Assembly: GCA_905178155.1 (NCBI GenBank)
Contig: CAJINV010000003.1
Location: 10,673,890 to 10,737,889, forward strand
Reading direction: 5' to 3'
DNA length: 64,000 nucleotides
DNA from: Amoebophrya sp. A120
Taxonomy: Eukaryota > Protista > Dinoflagellata
The notes beneath the pieces were generated by a model. That model was given only the letters and a program-made list of their open reading frames with translations. It was not told where the DNA came from and did no database searches. A program made the position numbers and the translations under genes. This document shows positions 1 to 13,400 of the stretch, one piece after another (position 1 is the first letter of the stretch; each line of letters starts with the position of its first letter).

Positions 1-579
1 CTTGGATGTGGTTGCCACATCCAAGAAAGGAGCTCCTTCTTGGGTGCGGAAGACTGCGGGCTAACCGATGGAAAGGCAAACAGCCCCATTGCCGTTGCTG
101 GGAAGCCGTGGCAGGCTCGGCCCCTTTGTTGATGGTGACCCTGCTTGGCTATAGAAACAACATCAAGAAAAACGCCGCGCAGCGACAGGAGGGTGCGCAA
201 GAGAGGGCTACCGCGGGCCTTAGGCCTCCCTCGCTCAGGGATTTGCTTTGCTTTGAAAGTCGCCACGCGTCTAGCAGACAGCCGAGATGGCTCGGCCGCC
301 TGTGCGCTGGTCGCCCGGCCGGGGCTTCTCGGACATTTCTCCGTTTCCGTTTCCGCATCTGTTTCACGGCTTCGGGTTCCGTTCATTCTCAGTCTCGCCC
401 CTTTTTTAAAAAAAAAACACGAGAGGAGGCGGGGAAGGATCCAAGAGTCGCGAAATATTTCCGCTCTCAGTTTAGACAGTTCCAAACAAAGCCACATCCA
501 AAAAAATAGCAAAATAATTAGATAAGACGCAGCTTTTTCTACGAGTACGAGATGGAGATCGATATTTTTGCAATGCATA
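1..579. mobile_element. Partial introner (family A); other end lies outside the window
   Basis: Ends ...TACGAGTAC...GATATTTTTGCAATGCATA (579), nearly the same as the end at 56568-56607; abuts a short exon of the minus-strand gene. Confidence 0.7.
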
Positions 580-2440
580 TTTTTCGCATGACGGGCGCAG
601 GTGGGAGCGGCCTCCGCGAAAGTGTATGAGACGAGTGCACGATCCCCTCTCCTCCTCGTTTGTCACGCAAGAACGCGACTCGAGTCGTTGCCTTCTGCTT
701 TTCGCACTGCTTGCGTGACCAGCTCCATGATTGGGCCAAACATTACTACGACGCGCTTGATGCATGTAATAAATTTATTGCGGCGCACAATTTAAGAACC
801 CAAACAGCACGTCGAGGAGCACTGCAAATCTGCATCTTGCTGACCACGCTTGTCGTGTTCGTGTTGACGCTGCCCATGGCCTCGAAATGAGGAGCAGGGG
901 GAAAGCGCCGGCGAGTGACGCACTCTCATAAAGCGAGTGGTCCTTCCTAAAGTACGCGGGTCTGGTGGGTCTTCCCAGTGTGCAAAGTGAGCTCGTGGAA
1001 GCGTACCAATTTGTTTCGAACTGGTGGCGATCTCTCAGCCACGAAGTCCCCGGGGTCGTGCGTGTGGAAAACATCGTCGTGCCGTACAAGATGACCAATC
1101 TAGACTTGTTGCGTCAGCGGGATCAGCCGCAGCCTTGGGAAGACGACATTGACGTGATGCTTACCTCCGTCTTGCATTGGGAAGAAATGGAAGTGAATCA
1201 GCATGGTGCTGCGGTTCCGGTTCCGCCGCAGGTTCTGGAGCGCCGGAAGAGTCAGTACCGCGGCTGGCACAGCGTCGCCGAGTGTCTGATGACTCCGGAC
1301 GGAGATCGGCATCCGCTTTTGAATCATGACGGGGAAGAGGTCGCGGCTCCAGCACAACCTGGCGGCGACTTGCCAGCGGTCGAAGAGCAGGATGAGCATC
1401 TTGTTCCCTCGCCATGCGAGCGCAACTCTACGTTCCACCGCGGGCAGCGGCTGGCGCAGACCATGCAGTTCTTCCTCCGCTACTTTCGGCACTGGTTTCG
1501 GTATGGCTACATTGGCACGCTAGGCAACGGGTACATCCACTTGCGAAAAATGTCCGCAATCGCGATCCCCGTGGATATTCAGGTCCGGCTGTATGAACCC
1601 CCCGGGCGCTACGTACCTGCGGGCCTGCTCTACGGGTGTCCAAGTGCACAACTCCAGCCCCCCCTCGTCGACCCCCTCATTTAAAGGGCAAGACCAGCAA
1701 TAAAATATAAAGTAGAATTCAATCCGCACCACGACTTGCAGTACAATTCAGGGCGGACAAGATTGTACTAGTAGTGCTGATGTTTCGGTTCCCGAACCCG
1801 AAACTTGTTGTTATACGAATAATCCGCTAAATAGTGCCAAAAGTGACACCAGGGACCGCGAGTGCAACAGTATTTGGTATTTTGCATAACAAACGAGGAG
1901 GGTCGGTGTCGGGGGAGTTGTGCACTCCCATAAGCGGGCGCCAGTGCACATTCACCCCGAGCGTTTTCTCGATCTCACCGCGTGGTATATCCCGGGTATC
2001 CCTTTGATGACCTGGAAGAGCTTCCTATTCCCTGAAACTTGACCATCCCCATCCACTTTTTGCCTCGTACATACATACCGCATCACTTCATGTCATTGTA
2101 TGCTAAATACAAATTGGATACGCGGCATGGTTAGTTTTTAGGGGATACTTCCCTCAGTGCAAGGTCCCAAAGTTCCGAGCTCACCCTGCTTGTGTTATGC
2201 AATGCAAAATACTTAAGCATCGTACTTGATGTCTACCTAGAGTTGCAATCAAAAATTTAATTCTTCCACGACGAGGACCAGAAAAAATGCCTTTTGCAAT
2301 GATCATTTGCCTCGTTAGGCCATAGTACAGATCTTTCATGCATGACATGAGCGGCAACTAGCACGAGAACTGGGAGTGCGATGTTTATTTTGCATTGGAT
2401 ATGTGTGAAGGAACTGCAACCGCGCTCGAAGGACATGCAT
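580..2440 (-). CDS. 5' part of a spliced gene of unknown function (exons ~2440-2402, 2190-2148, 2020-1933, 619-580; continues off-window)
   Basis: Removing elements 2196-2401 and 2026-2147 plus one repeat copy each leaves one open minus frame: MHVLRARLQFLHTSRVSSELWDLALREALPGHQRDTRDIPRGEIEKTLGVNVHWRPL; the other two minus frames hit stops. Confidence 0.6.
625..1932. mobile_element. 1308-bp introner carrying an internal ORF
   Basis: Left TATGAGACGAGTGCACGATCCCC...CCTCCTCGTTTGTCACGCAA vs reverse complement of right TATGGGAGTGCACAACTCCCC...CCCTCCTCGTTTGTTATGCAA; flanking repeat degenerate (AAGTG/AGCGG). Confidence 0.7.
887..1684 (+). pseudogene. Internal ORF of the 625-1932 element, unknown product; in-frame TAA at 929-931 upstream of the 239-aa ORF
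   Basis: ORF 965-1684 is protein-like (QFFLRYFRHWFRYGYIG); the same frame extends to ATG 887 across one TAA; antisense to the host gene; no family recognised. Confidence 0.4.
2026..2147. mobile_element. 122-bp introner (family C)
   Basis: Perfect DR CTTCC (2021-25 / 2148-52); TATTCCCTGAAACTTGACCAT...ATGGTTAGTTTTTAGGGGATA; its reverse complement aligns with 29052-29173. Confidence 0.9.
2196..2401. mobile_element. 206-bp introner (family A)
   Basis: Perfect DR TGTGT; TIR TATGCAATGCAAAATA vs TATCCAATGCAAAATA (15/16). Confidence 0.9.
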
Positions 2441-3056
2441 ATGTAGTGGTGCTACAGCTGCAGTTGCAGTGGTAGTGGATTGGATGTTGGATATATCGAG
2501 ACAAAAAACCCACTTCCCTTCGGCTGCAGCAACAGCAACTACAGGCTGACGCTTTTAATGACTCTCCCCATGCCTGTGGTTCTTTGTCTTTCTACCTCCA
2601 TAACCATAAGTAGCCACAAGGACCAGGATGAAGAAACAAGAAAGGTAGAGAAAAAAACAACAAGTACGACGAAGACGGGGCGGCTCTCGTTCCTACATTG
2701 AAGACATCATGCTCAGGTACCTCTCGTTGAGTGCAGCTTTATTGTGCCTGCTTTGCGTTTTTCTCTTCTCCCGGTAAGATGTAGAACGATCATGCGCCGT
2801 CAGAAGCTAGATCAGCTTTTTCTTTTTTCTGCTTTGCGAGAGGAGGAAAAGCAGAGCGAGAAAAAAAAGACGTTGCGCCTCGACATGCAACACAGAGCAT
2901 CTTCTGTCTTGCGTCTGTCGTTTACGTTTAGTGGATTCGTGAGATTCGCTGCGCCGGATCGCGCTGGCAGTACTGGGTTGTGACTGTGAGTGTGAGTTAG
3001 AGCTTTTCTTCGTTACAGTATTCGGAGAAGCTCGGGGACGACCGTTTTTTTTCAGC

Positions 3057-6000
3057 ATGTGGCAACAAGTAACTACACCAAGAATTATGCGGTCAAGTAA
3101 AATCAGAATGGATTTGGATATGCATATGGATAAGGATATCAAGGAGATGCTCTGCAACCGCGGCTTTCGCTGTCTGCCGCGCATACGCGGACCATGGTTC
3201 CTAGCGAACGGCTTCTTTCGTGGCCTCTCCAGTGGGTTGAAGCATGCGCAGCGAAAGCGCAAGTTCCCATTGGCGCGTGTGGCCGATGGCATGTTCTTTC
3301 TGGTTCTACTTCTGTGGATAGGGACGACATTGACCACATGGTCTCACGGCTTTCTTGTTGTGTACCGGGGGCCCTCGGGAGCAAGATCAAAAAAAGCCAC
3401 TGCCTTGATTCAAGCTATCGCAAGGAATAAACACGCAACACAAAAGCGGCGCAAACGGAAGCGCATGTTCATGTTGCATAAGGATCATGCTCGCACGGAG
3501 CGGCTGCTCGACATGGGCGAAGAATCTTCCGCGCGAGGAGTTGTGCACTTTCGCCAGAATGACAGACAGGGTCGCGGCACCATAGTTTCTTCGCGTACTA
3601 AACACTGTGCCACTTCTTCTTCCAGGAAGCCAGCACGCGGGGCGTCGGAAGCCGAAGTAGGCGAAGGAAAGGTTCCCGTTGAACTGGTAGTCTTCGCCGA
3701 TGAGGCGTTTCAGAAGACGTACGATTTTCAGTTGAGGACCCTGCGATGCTATGCGAAACACTTCGGTTACCGTCTCTCCGTCCTTCCGCAGAAGACGAAT
3801 TGGAAAGATCTAGACTGGGCCAAACAGGCATCGGTCGAAACGAAGCGCGACTGTTTAGACGCTGCGCAAAGAAACGGGGCTTTTGCGCCCGTCCTTCGGC
3901 ACTGCCTGTTAGCGGCATACCTGGAGTCCAAAGTTCGATCGGTGCACCCGCCGCCGCCGGGAGTCAAAACTTCCAGGCGCGACGAGCATGAGAAAAACGA
4001 AAAGGCCAAGGCATCGAAGAGCAACAAAAGAAGAATCCCCGCGGTTTCAGCCTCGATGAATAAAGATAAACTTAATAAACGGAACCCTGCTCGATCTAAA
4101 TCGAACAGCCAAGCGATGGTTTCCTTTTTCCAGCACCTGCTGCGGCTTGATCTACGTGGGTCCTCAACAACTGAGGCGCAAAAGCCACGCTCCCTTGCGG
4201 AAGGGATCTACCTCCCCGAGAACGATGATCGACCTGACAACACGGTATATGTTTTGTTGGATGCAGATATGGCAGCGCATTCCCTGACAATAAGCCTAGA
4301 GCCATGGGCACGCCTGGCGTCCGGCACCGGATCCGTGATGGAGTTACCCCGGGCCGGAAACGCCGCCGCGTCGGCTCCGGCTGACAAAGGTAAAAGTGCA
4401 CTTCAGGTTCAAGAACATGGCGAGTCATCTTCGTGCAGCCCCGCACACGCTGCGGACGTGGTGCTCTTCGACCGGAACTGGGGCAGCCGCGAGACGTCGA
4501 GTACTCGTGAAGGTCACAACGATAATGAATTGATGGCCGGAACATATCTGCTTCGGAACAACCCCCGATCCAGACAATTCCTACGCCAGTGGGCGGTCCT
4601 AGGGGCAGAAGGAAGGAGCAAAAATGCCAACGAAGCCACGAGCCCTGTCTCTCCGAGAGTGTCAGGAGATGAAACCGCTGTGGCGCACCACCAAGAAACA
4701 AGTAAGAACGTCTCACAGCGTACAAGGGGAATGGACTTCAACGACCCAGCGAAGAGGACAAGTCCGCCGCATCGCCGCGCCGAGCAAAAACAACATAAGG
4801 GGCAACATGCCGATCGCCCCGCGCGCCCCAACCACCGCGTCACGGACTCACTGCCCGCGCTCCGGTACAAGGTAGAGCTGGTGGTCTTTACGCAGGGTGG
4901 CTTTCAAAGTAAGTATCGGAGCCAGCTGGCGAGTTTGCGTTGCTATGCCGAGAGGCTGGGATACGGCTTTAACGTATTTTATGGCGGGAGCTCTGATTGA
5001 AATTGACAAAATTGCTTCAAACGGGATTTGATGCGATGTAGAAATAAACCAATGCCCCACACTCCTGGATCCGTAGTTTGCAAGAGGGTGTGTCATGACG
5101 GATGTTTCAGACGCGGAAAGCCAATGATCTGTCACTTTACTTATTCAGAGCTGCGGAGCAGAGGGAAAAGAAAAGCGCCGGCTTTTGTCGTGATAGCTCT
5201 TCATCATTTTCCACATCCATGAGCTCCTTCTTGGGCAGGAGCCTCAGCGTTACATCAATCTGCAGTTTGCATTTTCTGCATTACTTAAGCTTTGCAAATT
5301 TGCAAGAGCCTCACGCTTTCATATGTTCTCAATGACGGACAAAAAATCTCTTTCCTGGGTGCGCGACGCGACGGTAGAAACGCAGGAAGGCTGTCTGCGG
5401 AAAACGACGGATGTATTCTTCCTGCGTCACTGCCTGCTTGCGGCTTATCTCGATTCCAAAAAGGACGAGGACGAAGGACCTGGGAAGCCGCCAGCGCTCT
5501 ATTTTGCATTGGATGCGGATATCGCCTCGCGTGGGTTCGATTTGAGTTTGCGCCCCTGGGCGGAACTCGCCCTCGGCTCCTTTGCGCAAGAACAGGACAG
5601 TGCGACCTGGCAGCTTATGTGGGGTGCTGGCGCGCCACACGTCGCATCCACTGCAACTACCTCGAAACGCAACAACACAGCTAAGCAGCCACCAGCAGAT
5701 GTCATGTTCTTTGAGCGAATATGGGGGCTGGAAAACCACAACGAGCTGATGGCAGGAGCATACATGGTGCAGAACACTGCTCGTGCTCGGCGGTTCTTGC
5801 GGCAGTGGGCCTCTTGGGAGGAGCAGCGACCGCCGGGCTACAGCTCCGCCGACAACGGCGCAATCCATATGGCCGTGCCCGAGGCACTGGGAGTTTCGGC
5901 GTCGCACTGCGAGAAAAAGTTTGCGGCCTTAACCTCGGACGTCACCGATCTGAGCCCCTACGCGAAAGTGCTACTGTGTGTACGCCAGCACCTGGGAATG

Positions 6001-7939
6001 GGCGCTACGCCGGACGACCCAGACGGCTCATCGTTCGAACACGCGCAAGGTGGTCTTCTTCTGGAGCAAATGCGAGCTGCTGAAACCCCGGAGGCAGGTG
6101 GAGGTGCCCCAGAAGATAGCGATCACGCCACCGCTATGCATCCCGATCGGGTTATTCCCGGCTTGCGGCTTCGAATCCTGGGGAAAGAAGCCGCGTGGGC
6201 GCCAGACTGGTGGGCTTCGAACGCCAAGATACACCCGCTTATGGTAGTGTCAGGTTGGAAACCGGCGAAATCATGGAGATAATTTGTGCCGCATTCGAAA
6301 CTAAAAATCGACATTAATTGTTGAGCCGATTTTATTCTCCAATTACTGTCTAAACGACGCATTCTCACATCGGACTAGGAGATCTACCCGCGTCGAAACG
6401 TCCGGGCCACCAACGCGGCGGCCTTCTACTGATCACAAAAACGAATAACAAGGATCATGAGCAGATGACGGAAACTCGTACCATATATACAGCGGCGCAG
6501 GTCAAGTTTCTCTGTCTCGTTGTTTAGGACAAGGCAGACTTCTTTTGGCGTGCTCGATTTCCAAACCTGTGCACCCTTACAATCGACCTCGTCCTCGCTT
6601 GCTTTCCTTACAAGACAGGCACTCTCGCTGTGCCTTGCCTTTTATGCTTCAGCGTCGCAAGTCATTTTTTATGTTTCCATTACAGTAGACATACAGGTAC
6701 ACAAAGGGTCAGGCTGTGTTAGGTTCCGGTAGATTTGCCGTGATCGCAATTTATTTTCATGTTATCGATCTCGGTCTCCTCGAGCCTGAAACTTTCATAC
6801 CTGTCGGCCACGGGATAAAAAACATGAACGAGGGACTTCAATACCAGAATGAGAATTCCCCCCTCCCACTGAATACCCATTCGGAGATTTTTTCCGAATA
6901 GACCTGCTGAGCTTCTTGACGTGCAGGATAGCAGCGTAGCTGCTGAGAGTAGAGTATGAAGACAGACGTTTTATTGGCAGTAGTCTAGTACAAAGCAAGC
7001 GAGCAGCCACGGACCACTTCCTGTACACCAGTAATTTTTAATATGCGCAAACGGCTGCATAGAAGGCGAAGCATGATCAGTAATATTCGAGTACGAGTGC
7101 ATTCTTGCTGCATGGAATGTTGGTGCTGCTTGTAGAAGCCCTAAGTATTTTGCTTTTTGCCTTTGTTTGACAGTAGAAAGATGGCAACCCGCCGAGAAAC
7201 TGCATCAGCTTCAGCGTTTTTATTGTGCTTTGTAGGGGAGGGGGTTCCTGCTCCTGGCGATATTCAACATCACTGGTTCACACCGGACATGTTGTCTTGT
7301 CTAGACGCGCACGGCATTGAAACCCGACTGCCCGACCAACGGACGACACCTCTGAACGGAGCTGCTTTCATTTCAGAAGACAGCAAAGCGCTTCACCGCG
7401 CGGTGCCGGAGTCACTTGGAATTCCTGTCGCGCAATGTGAAAAATCGGAGCAGGAGCACCAGCACGCGCCCGCCACCACCGACCGGTCGCCGTACGCCAG
7501 CTTCGTGAATTGCACTAGGGTGCGGTTGATGCAGATGGTCGGCGCGGCATCGGCTCAAGACGCTTCTGTCCCGAACGCAGACCGTGGCATCTATTTCTTC
7601 CAGGCACGAGGAGATGAGAGGAAACGAACTGAAGGTCACCGACGGCACGACCACAAGGGCCTGCTGGGTCATCTCAATGTGGATCAGACGAGCACCGCCC
7701 AGCTCCTGCATGAGGATGAAAGACAACTGCACGACGAAGAACACGCTGGCTCCCTAGTGATTCCAAACTTGGCCGTTCGGTTGCTCGGGTGGAAGCAGTC
7801 CTGGGCCTCCGACAAACTGGAGTCGGGCACTAGCGGAAGTCCGTTCGGTCACCTGAAAAACATCACGGAAGCCAAAGGGCGCCACTGGTTTGGAGAACCC
7901 ATGCTATCTTGCGTTGATGAGGTAAAGGTATCCTTCTAG
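3057..7939 (+). CDS. DUF273-like nucleotide-diphospho-sugar transferase with two full domains and a partial third (exons ~3057-4979, 5329-6239, 6805-6841, 7268-7939; ~1180 aa; start uncertain)
   Basis: Motifs LRCYA..GY, (F)LRHCLLAAYL, LDAD (DXD), DV.FF.R.W, ELMAG.Y...N and FLRQWA occur twice, with DNGAIH in the second domain; N-terminal hydrophobic anchor; three introner removals keep the frame (3543 nt). Confidence 0.75.
4980..5323. mobile_element. 344-bp introner (family B-like, degenerate)
   Basis: TAT...ATA ends, DR TATTT/TGTTC (both encode V-F), gapped TIR; splice gives GFNVF|SMTDKK. Confidence 0.75.
6240..6799. mobile_element. 560-bp introner (family B)
   Basis: TIR TATGGTAGTGTCAGGTTGGA vs TATGAAAGTTTCAGGCTCGA (15/20); DR CCGCT/CCTGT; splice gives IHP(L/V)GHGIKN. 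Confidence 0.8.
6842..7262. mobile_element. 421-bp introner (TAC...ATA)
   Basis: Perfect DR TTCAA; CCCCCTCCC / GGGAGGGGG inverted core; splice gives NEGLQ|HHWFTPDM, paralleling GRHWFGEPM in the third domain. Confidence 0.8.
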
Positions 7940-10450
7940 TCGCAAAAGATCAAGAACACGAGAAAGAATGCGATGTATCCATGTACGATTGTGTTTGTTG
8001 TATGACTATGACTACGAAGATTTCGAAGATGTGACGTTTCATCAACTTCAACACGACAGCGACACCACGAGTCGTGATGAAGCTGCACATTACTACAGAT
8101 CGAGCATGAATTTCACCTCCACTGAAAGACTGAAATCAATGAAAGGACAATGACATCAAATGAAAAGAACTACAATGTGAGAAGTTTCGACACGAACACG
8201 GTCATCAACACGGGCGGACAGACTCAGACCTTCCTGTAAAAGGATGACTCAGATACATTCCAAGAATGATTGTGCGGTCACATTCCTGCAGCGCTTCCCG
8301 AATAAAGTCCCACCTGGGTGGTGCGTGGCTTCCTCTTCGACGAGTTTATTAGTTCTTGTGTGGTACTTGCTCTTGCGCTTCCTTGCGCTTGCGGACGAAC
8401 TTGCAGAACTCGTGCGAAAACAGCAAACTAAATAAAGCGACAAGGCAGTAGGAGCCAAAAATCGGAAACTGCACTTCAGCCAAGAACTTGCAAAGCGAGA
8501 GACACAAAGAGAAAAGAGCTGCGCTACTACACCAGTCGGCCTTTTTTAAGGGGCGTATTTTTTTTTTCTGCGTTGATGCCTAGAATCAAATCTACAAATG
8601 AGTTTTGCATTTGCTCATTCTTTAAATTACGAGGACTCGTTCCTCGAATAGTCCGCGCTCCACGTGGCAATCCTCAATTAGTACCCAGCTCGCGGTAGTA
8701 CTCTTAATCAGAAACACTATTAATTTGATTTTGGGGCTAGAAGTACGTTAGACAGTCACTCGCTCGCCGAAATAAGAAGCGAGCACACGATTGATTTTTG
8801 GGGTTGTGTAAATTTCTTTGCGCAGCTACCTTCTTCTACGGCAGTTCTGGAATTATCGTCAGCGATTTGTGCACCTAGCATGATTGCGAGTGTTGACATT
8901 TGCTGCAGGGATGGGGAAGTCAGCTCGTCCGTCGGGTTTTTTCGTTTTATCTGCTTGGATGGGACGAAATAATTCAGATCGTCCGTCGTTGTGTACTATA
9001 GTACTTATAAGATTTTAATTTATACGCATCAACCATGACAACATGTTTCCTGATTCTCAGCAACAGCAAAGCCAAACTTGCTTATTTAAACTTTTACTTC
9101 AAGCTGTAGTGCATGCATCCACTCATGAGATGATCAACGTCGACATCGTCTATTGGGAGTATAATGTTGAATGTGATCGCGGTTGTCGATGCTTTTGAAA
9201 CAGAAAGTAGTGAACAGAGAGGGTTTCTTCTTCATTTTGGAGGTGGAGATGAAAGATCGGCTTCTTTATTCTTGATACATCAGCATCCCTTTATCGATAT
9301 TTTTCTTGAGGTTTGCTTGTCGTGTGTGTATGTTGCAGTGGTGTATTGTAACTTGCGAAATTCGAAATCGAACTCCATTCACACAGGACCCTCCCTCCAA
9401 TCAACAATCTGATGTTGTCGTTTCTTCTTGCATAGAGGGTGACGGCAATGCTGGTCGTGTTTTTTTCGATAGTGGGCGTGCAACGTAGTTGCCAGTATGA
9501 AGGACATACGACGATAACGCGTGGCATTCGGCGTTTTCTAGTCGCTATTGTGGTTGTACTCTTCAAAATCACGTTTGAGTTGTAGATCGTTTATGTTTGT
9601 ATGTATTTCGCAACCATTCTTTTCTGAAGTTCCTCGCGCTCACAAGTGTGTCTTCGGTTTATCTCGAGGAGATGAATTGTTGTATATTCTCCTCGTTTAT
9701 TTTTGATTATGTGTATACCGTATACACTCGTGTATGAACTAAAAAAAGAGTATCCCTCTATTGATGCGCCATCTCACCGAATACATGAGGCCACCTGATG
9801 ATGCCAGGCAGGGGAGAAATTGTGATCGGAGTTGTGGAAAGTGAATCGGCTTCTTTTTTGTTTCGCTTTCCTGAGACAGGGACAGCGAGGATGGCGATGG
9901 AAGAGGACGACACGGATACCAGCTGTGCATCGTGGTGGCTGTGTCGCGGACTTCAGAGTTCGAATTTTGTGACGGTGTGCAACGACCGCGGCGCGCTTTC
10001 TCGCAAACAGGAACAAGTAGGGGTAGGCATTCTCGCTACTTCCCGGCGTCAGTCAACATCCAACGGGTCCGGGCCGCTCTTGTGAGTGCAAGGCAGAGCG
10101 TGCTAAACGTGGAGGCGCTGCCGTTTCATCACGTAGTCCACGATATTAGTAGCACAGCTCCAGCAGATTCAGCAAATCGGGCGGCATTATTTTTCGCACG
10201 TTACCCCATCGGGCGGCATTTCCCGCACGATACCCAACGACATCGCCCCAACTCAGTACAGCATCACCATCCCCAGTGGTGCATCGGAACAGGCGCCACA
10301 CCCCGGGAGCGCTTTTCCCTTCATCTGACATCTCAGCACCGACCGAATAGTCGTGAAAGGAAGTGCTTCTACGCGGATTTCAGCTGCAGACTTACGCTGA
10401 GCATTATTTTCATTTCGTCCCTCGGGATCAACAGAAGTAATAGAGCCCGG

Positions 10451-13400
10451 ATGCCGTGGAGTATTTTCTCGCAGAAGCCGAAACCTCAGGCGCCGATTGG
10501 GCCATGGCTTAGAGACCTAGATGACGAGCGGTATTGGACGCTTTTTCAACAAGTCGAGGGAAAGGACAAGGCTTGTCTGCTCGAGGAAGCCCAGAAGCGA
10601 GATGTCCCGGCCTGGATTCAAGAGACTTTGTCAGCCGGGATTGAGCAGCAACAAGACAGAGAGCGCCGTGCTAGGAACTTGGAAAAGCTGCGGCGAGGGC
10701 AACTCAACAAGGACACCCTGGAGTCCCGAGGAGCAGGAGAAGCACAATCGGGGAAGCTGAATCGAAGCACGCCTGCTCTTCAACAATCTGCTGCGATCGG
10801 GACCGCGACCTCAAAGCCAAATGCTGGTGGGGAGATCGTCGTGTCGGGCAACATCTTCAACGCACGACGATCACCTACGTCCTCTCCACCGGTTGACCGA
10901 GAAGCGGGCGTTGCTGTAAACAGTACAGGGCTTCTTGTTCCGGACCGCGATAATTCCGATGAATACGATGACTTTGACGCGGGTCGTGCAGCTACACGTG
11001 CGAAAAACATAAGCAAGCGCGGTCGCGACGAGGAGGACGATGACGTGAGTCCGTGGTGGAAAGGCCGCAAAAACCGCTTGCGCAAAGTGAGGCAGTTGGA
11101 AGAAAGTCGCCATGAGACACAGCGCAAAGTTCGAGTAAGTGCGGCACCTCGTGAGATTTACTTTGGCAGGGCTTGGGGGCCAGCGAACGCGAAAGGCAGC
11201 CGGGTGGGTTTCGACACGGAAGATCAGGTGATGGAACACGAGGACCAGCTGCAGGAGGAGCGACGCGAATTGCAGATTGCTGAAGATGATGCAGTCCGAG
11301 GTGAAGAACACGACTCTGCGCCGGATCGTACAACGAAGTTTCGCGTGCTACACGTTGCCGGGATAGCAGATAGCAACCGCGCTGGCGTGCGTTTGCACCG
11401 GAGTGGAAAAATCGATCACCACGTTGCGACGGCAATGGCAGAGAGTGTGCAAAACCAGCGCGCGGTCCGTGTGGTGCCGCCTCACTTACACATGGAAAAC
11501 CGCCCTCCGGTGGTCCTTGACGATGAGAATTTGCGGGAAGAAGATTTTTCAGACCGCGAAGAAAATAAACACTCCCCTTTCAGCACGACCGCTGCACCGT
11601 CGCCGAAAAATCAGTACAATTGGAAGCGCGCAATTTCGGACTTTTTTCACTTCGGCACGCGCCCGCAAGGAGACTGGGACGAGAAGCGTTTCCAATTGCG
11701 CTTAAAGGAGCAAGCAAAGACGAAAGGCGCTTTGTTACGAGCTTTCCAAGCACGACGAGATGGAGAATTTGAAGAGCAGAAAATAAAAAGCGAAGACGGC
11801 GAGACGGCTGCATTCACGTTGGAACGTGCACAGAGGGAGGCGCGGTCGCGGGAGGGCCTCCTGCTGAACGCGATGCAGGATTTTGATGACTCGGAGTTTT
11901 TGCGACTAGACGAGGTGTTGCAACGTAGAGAAGAGGCTCGAAGGGACCACAAGGAAGACGCGCTGCCGCGCCCCAAATCCACCGTGGAGTTCGCGAGAAA
12001 GCTCGCAGGAATTCCCGTCGAGGTACTAGAAGAGGTGGAGAGGCGACGCGCTTTCACTTTGCAGAAACGGATCGAGAAACAGCCCTGGTGGCAACAGCGC
12101 GAGCGATTCGTTCGCCGCATCGCGGACTCGGCACAGCATGAGGAGGACTCTGACATTGTGGCCACAAGTCGTGGTAACAATATAACGAAAAGCGAAAACA
12201 ACATCAACGCGGCCACCAGCCTCATGTCCTCTTCCTCCATGTCGATCCTGAGTGCCACAACCGACGAGCAGAACTCTAGTGCCGACCCCGTGCCAAGCCT
12301 CGTGAGCCGTGCGGTGAGCGAAGCGCTTGTTCAAATGGGATTATCTTCATCTTCGCGGGTTACGAGGCTGAACGATGAAAATCTGCGTCGACTGGACCTC
12401 CGAACAGGACACCCGGGCAGAAGGGAACGCGTACCAACTGCCGCGGTGAACGATGCCAACAGCTGTCTGTCCGACGATGCGTCCTTGATCGCCCAAGACG
12501 GAAAAGACATCGCGCGCGCAGGTGTCTTCAAAACGGATGTGCACACAATGCTCACGCGCGAAGGCCGGCGAGGTAAAAATAGCTCCTGTTCTACTGCTCC
12601 TTCCAGCATGCTAAAAAAACAAGAAGCAGCACCTGCTCCCCCAGGGGAGGATCTACATCGAGATCGACTCAACTTTCAGCACAAGAACACCCCCGCTCCT
12701 CGTGCAACAAGTTCCACCTCCGACTCCTGCATGTCACAACAAGGAATACACCAAGAAATGCCCGTCACTAGACATAGACTCAAACGCCAGCAGCAGCATT
12801 TGGCTATGTCGCCGGCTCCTGGAGCTGCTGAGGCAGCCGTCAACGGTGGGGTACTTTCTAATTATTCCTCTGCTCCTCCTGGCGACATCGATGAAGAGAG
12901 AGCTGCTGTTCGTACGGCGCTTATTGGTCAGCACCAAGCTTCCAGCTTGTGGTCCCGTTTTGGGTTTCATAAGCAAGAGGCGTACCGTCTACCGAAGGCA
13001 AAGGACCACGAGATCATTGACGTGCAAGGAGCTGAGGAAGCTCCAATCGCAGCAGAAGTTTTGAATGATTGTATAGCCGCGGGGACGAGTTGGACGAGTT
13101 CGAAACCCGCAAAGTCGTATCGCGATCCGTCGTCCCTACCCCGAACGATTCTGCCGTTGGAACCCTTAGCCTCGCGCAGCGCTCAGATGGTAAGGAATGC
13201 CTTGTTCAATTTCGACAAAGGAGCTCCTCGCAACACAACACGGCTACCCCGGGAACGGAGTCCAGAAGTAGAAGATGAAGCCAAAAATGAAAATGTTGAA
13301 GAACAGGATGAAGACGGGCAGAAGAACGGCCGCCGCGAGGAGAAACAACATCGACGAGCAATTAATATCGGAAGCGCATTTCATAATAACCAAGCCCGAC

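Noticed and set aside
9932-10450. N-terminal 173 aa of the 2007-aa ORF
   Set aside because: Begins at a non-ATG codon and looks like 5' UTR; the first ATG is at 10451.
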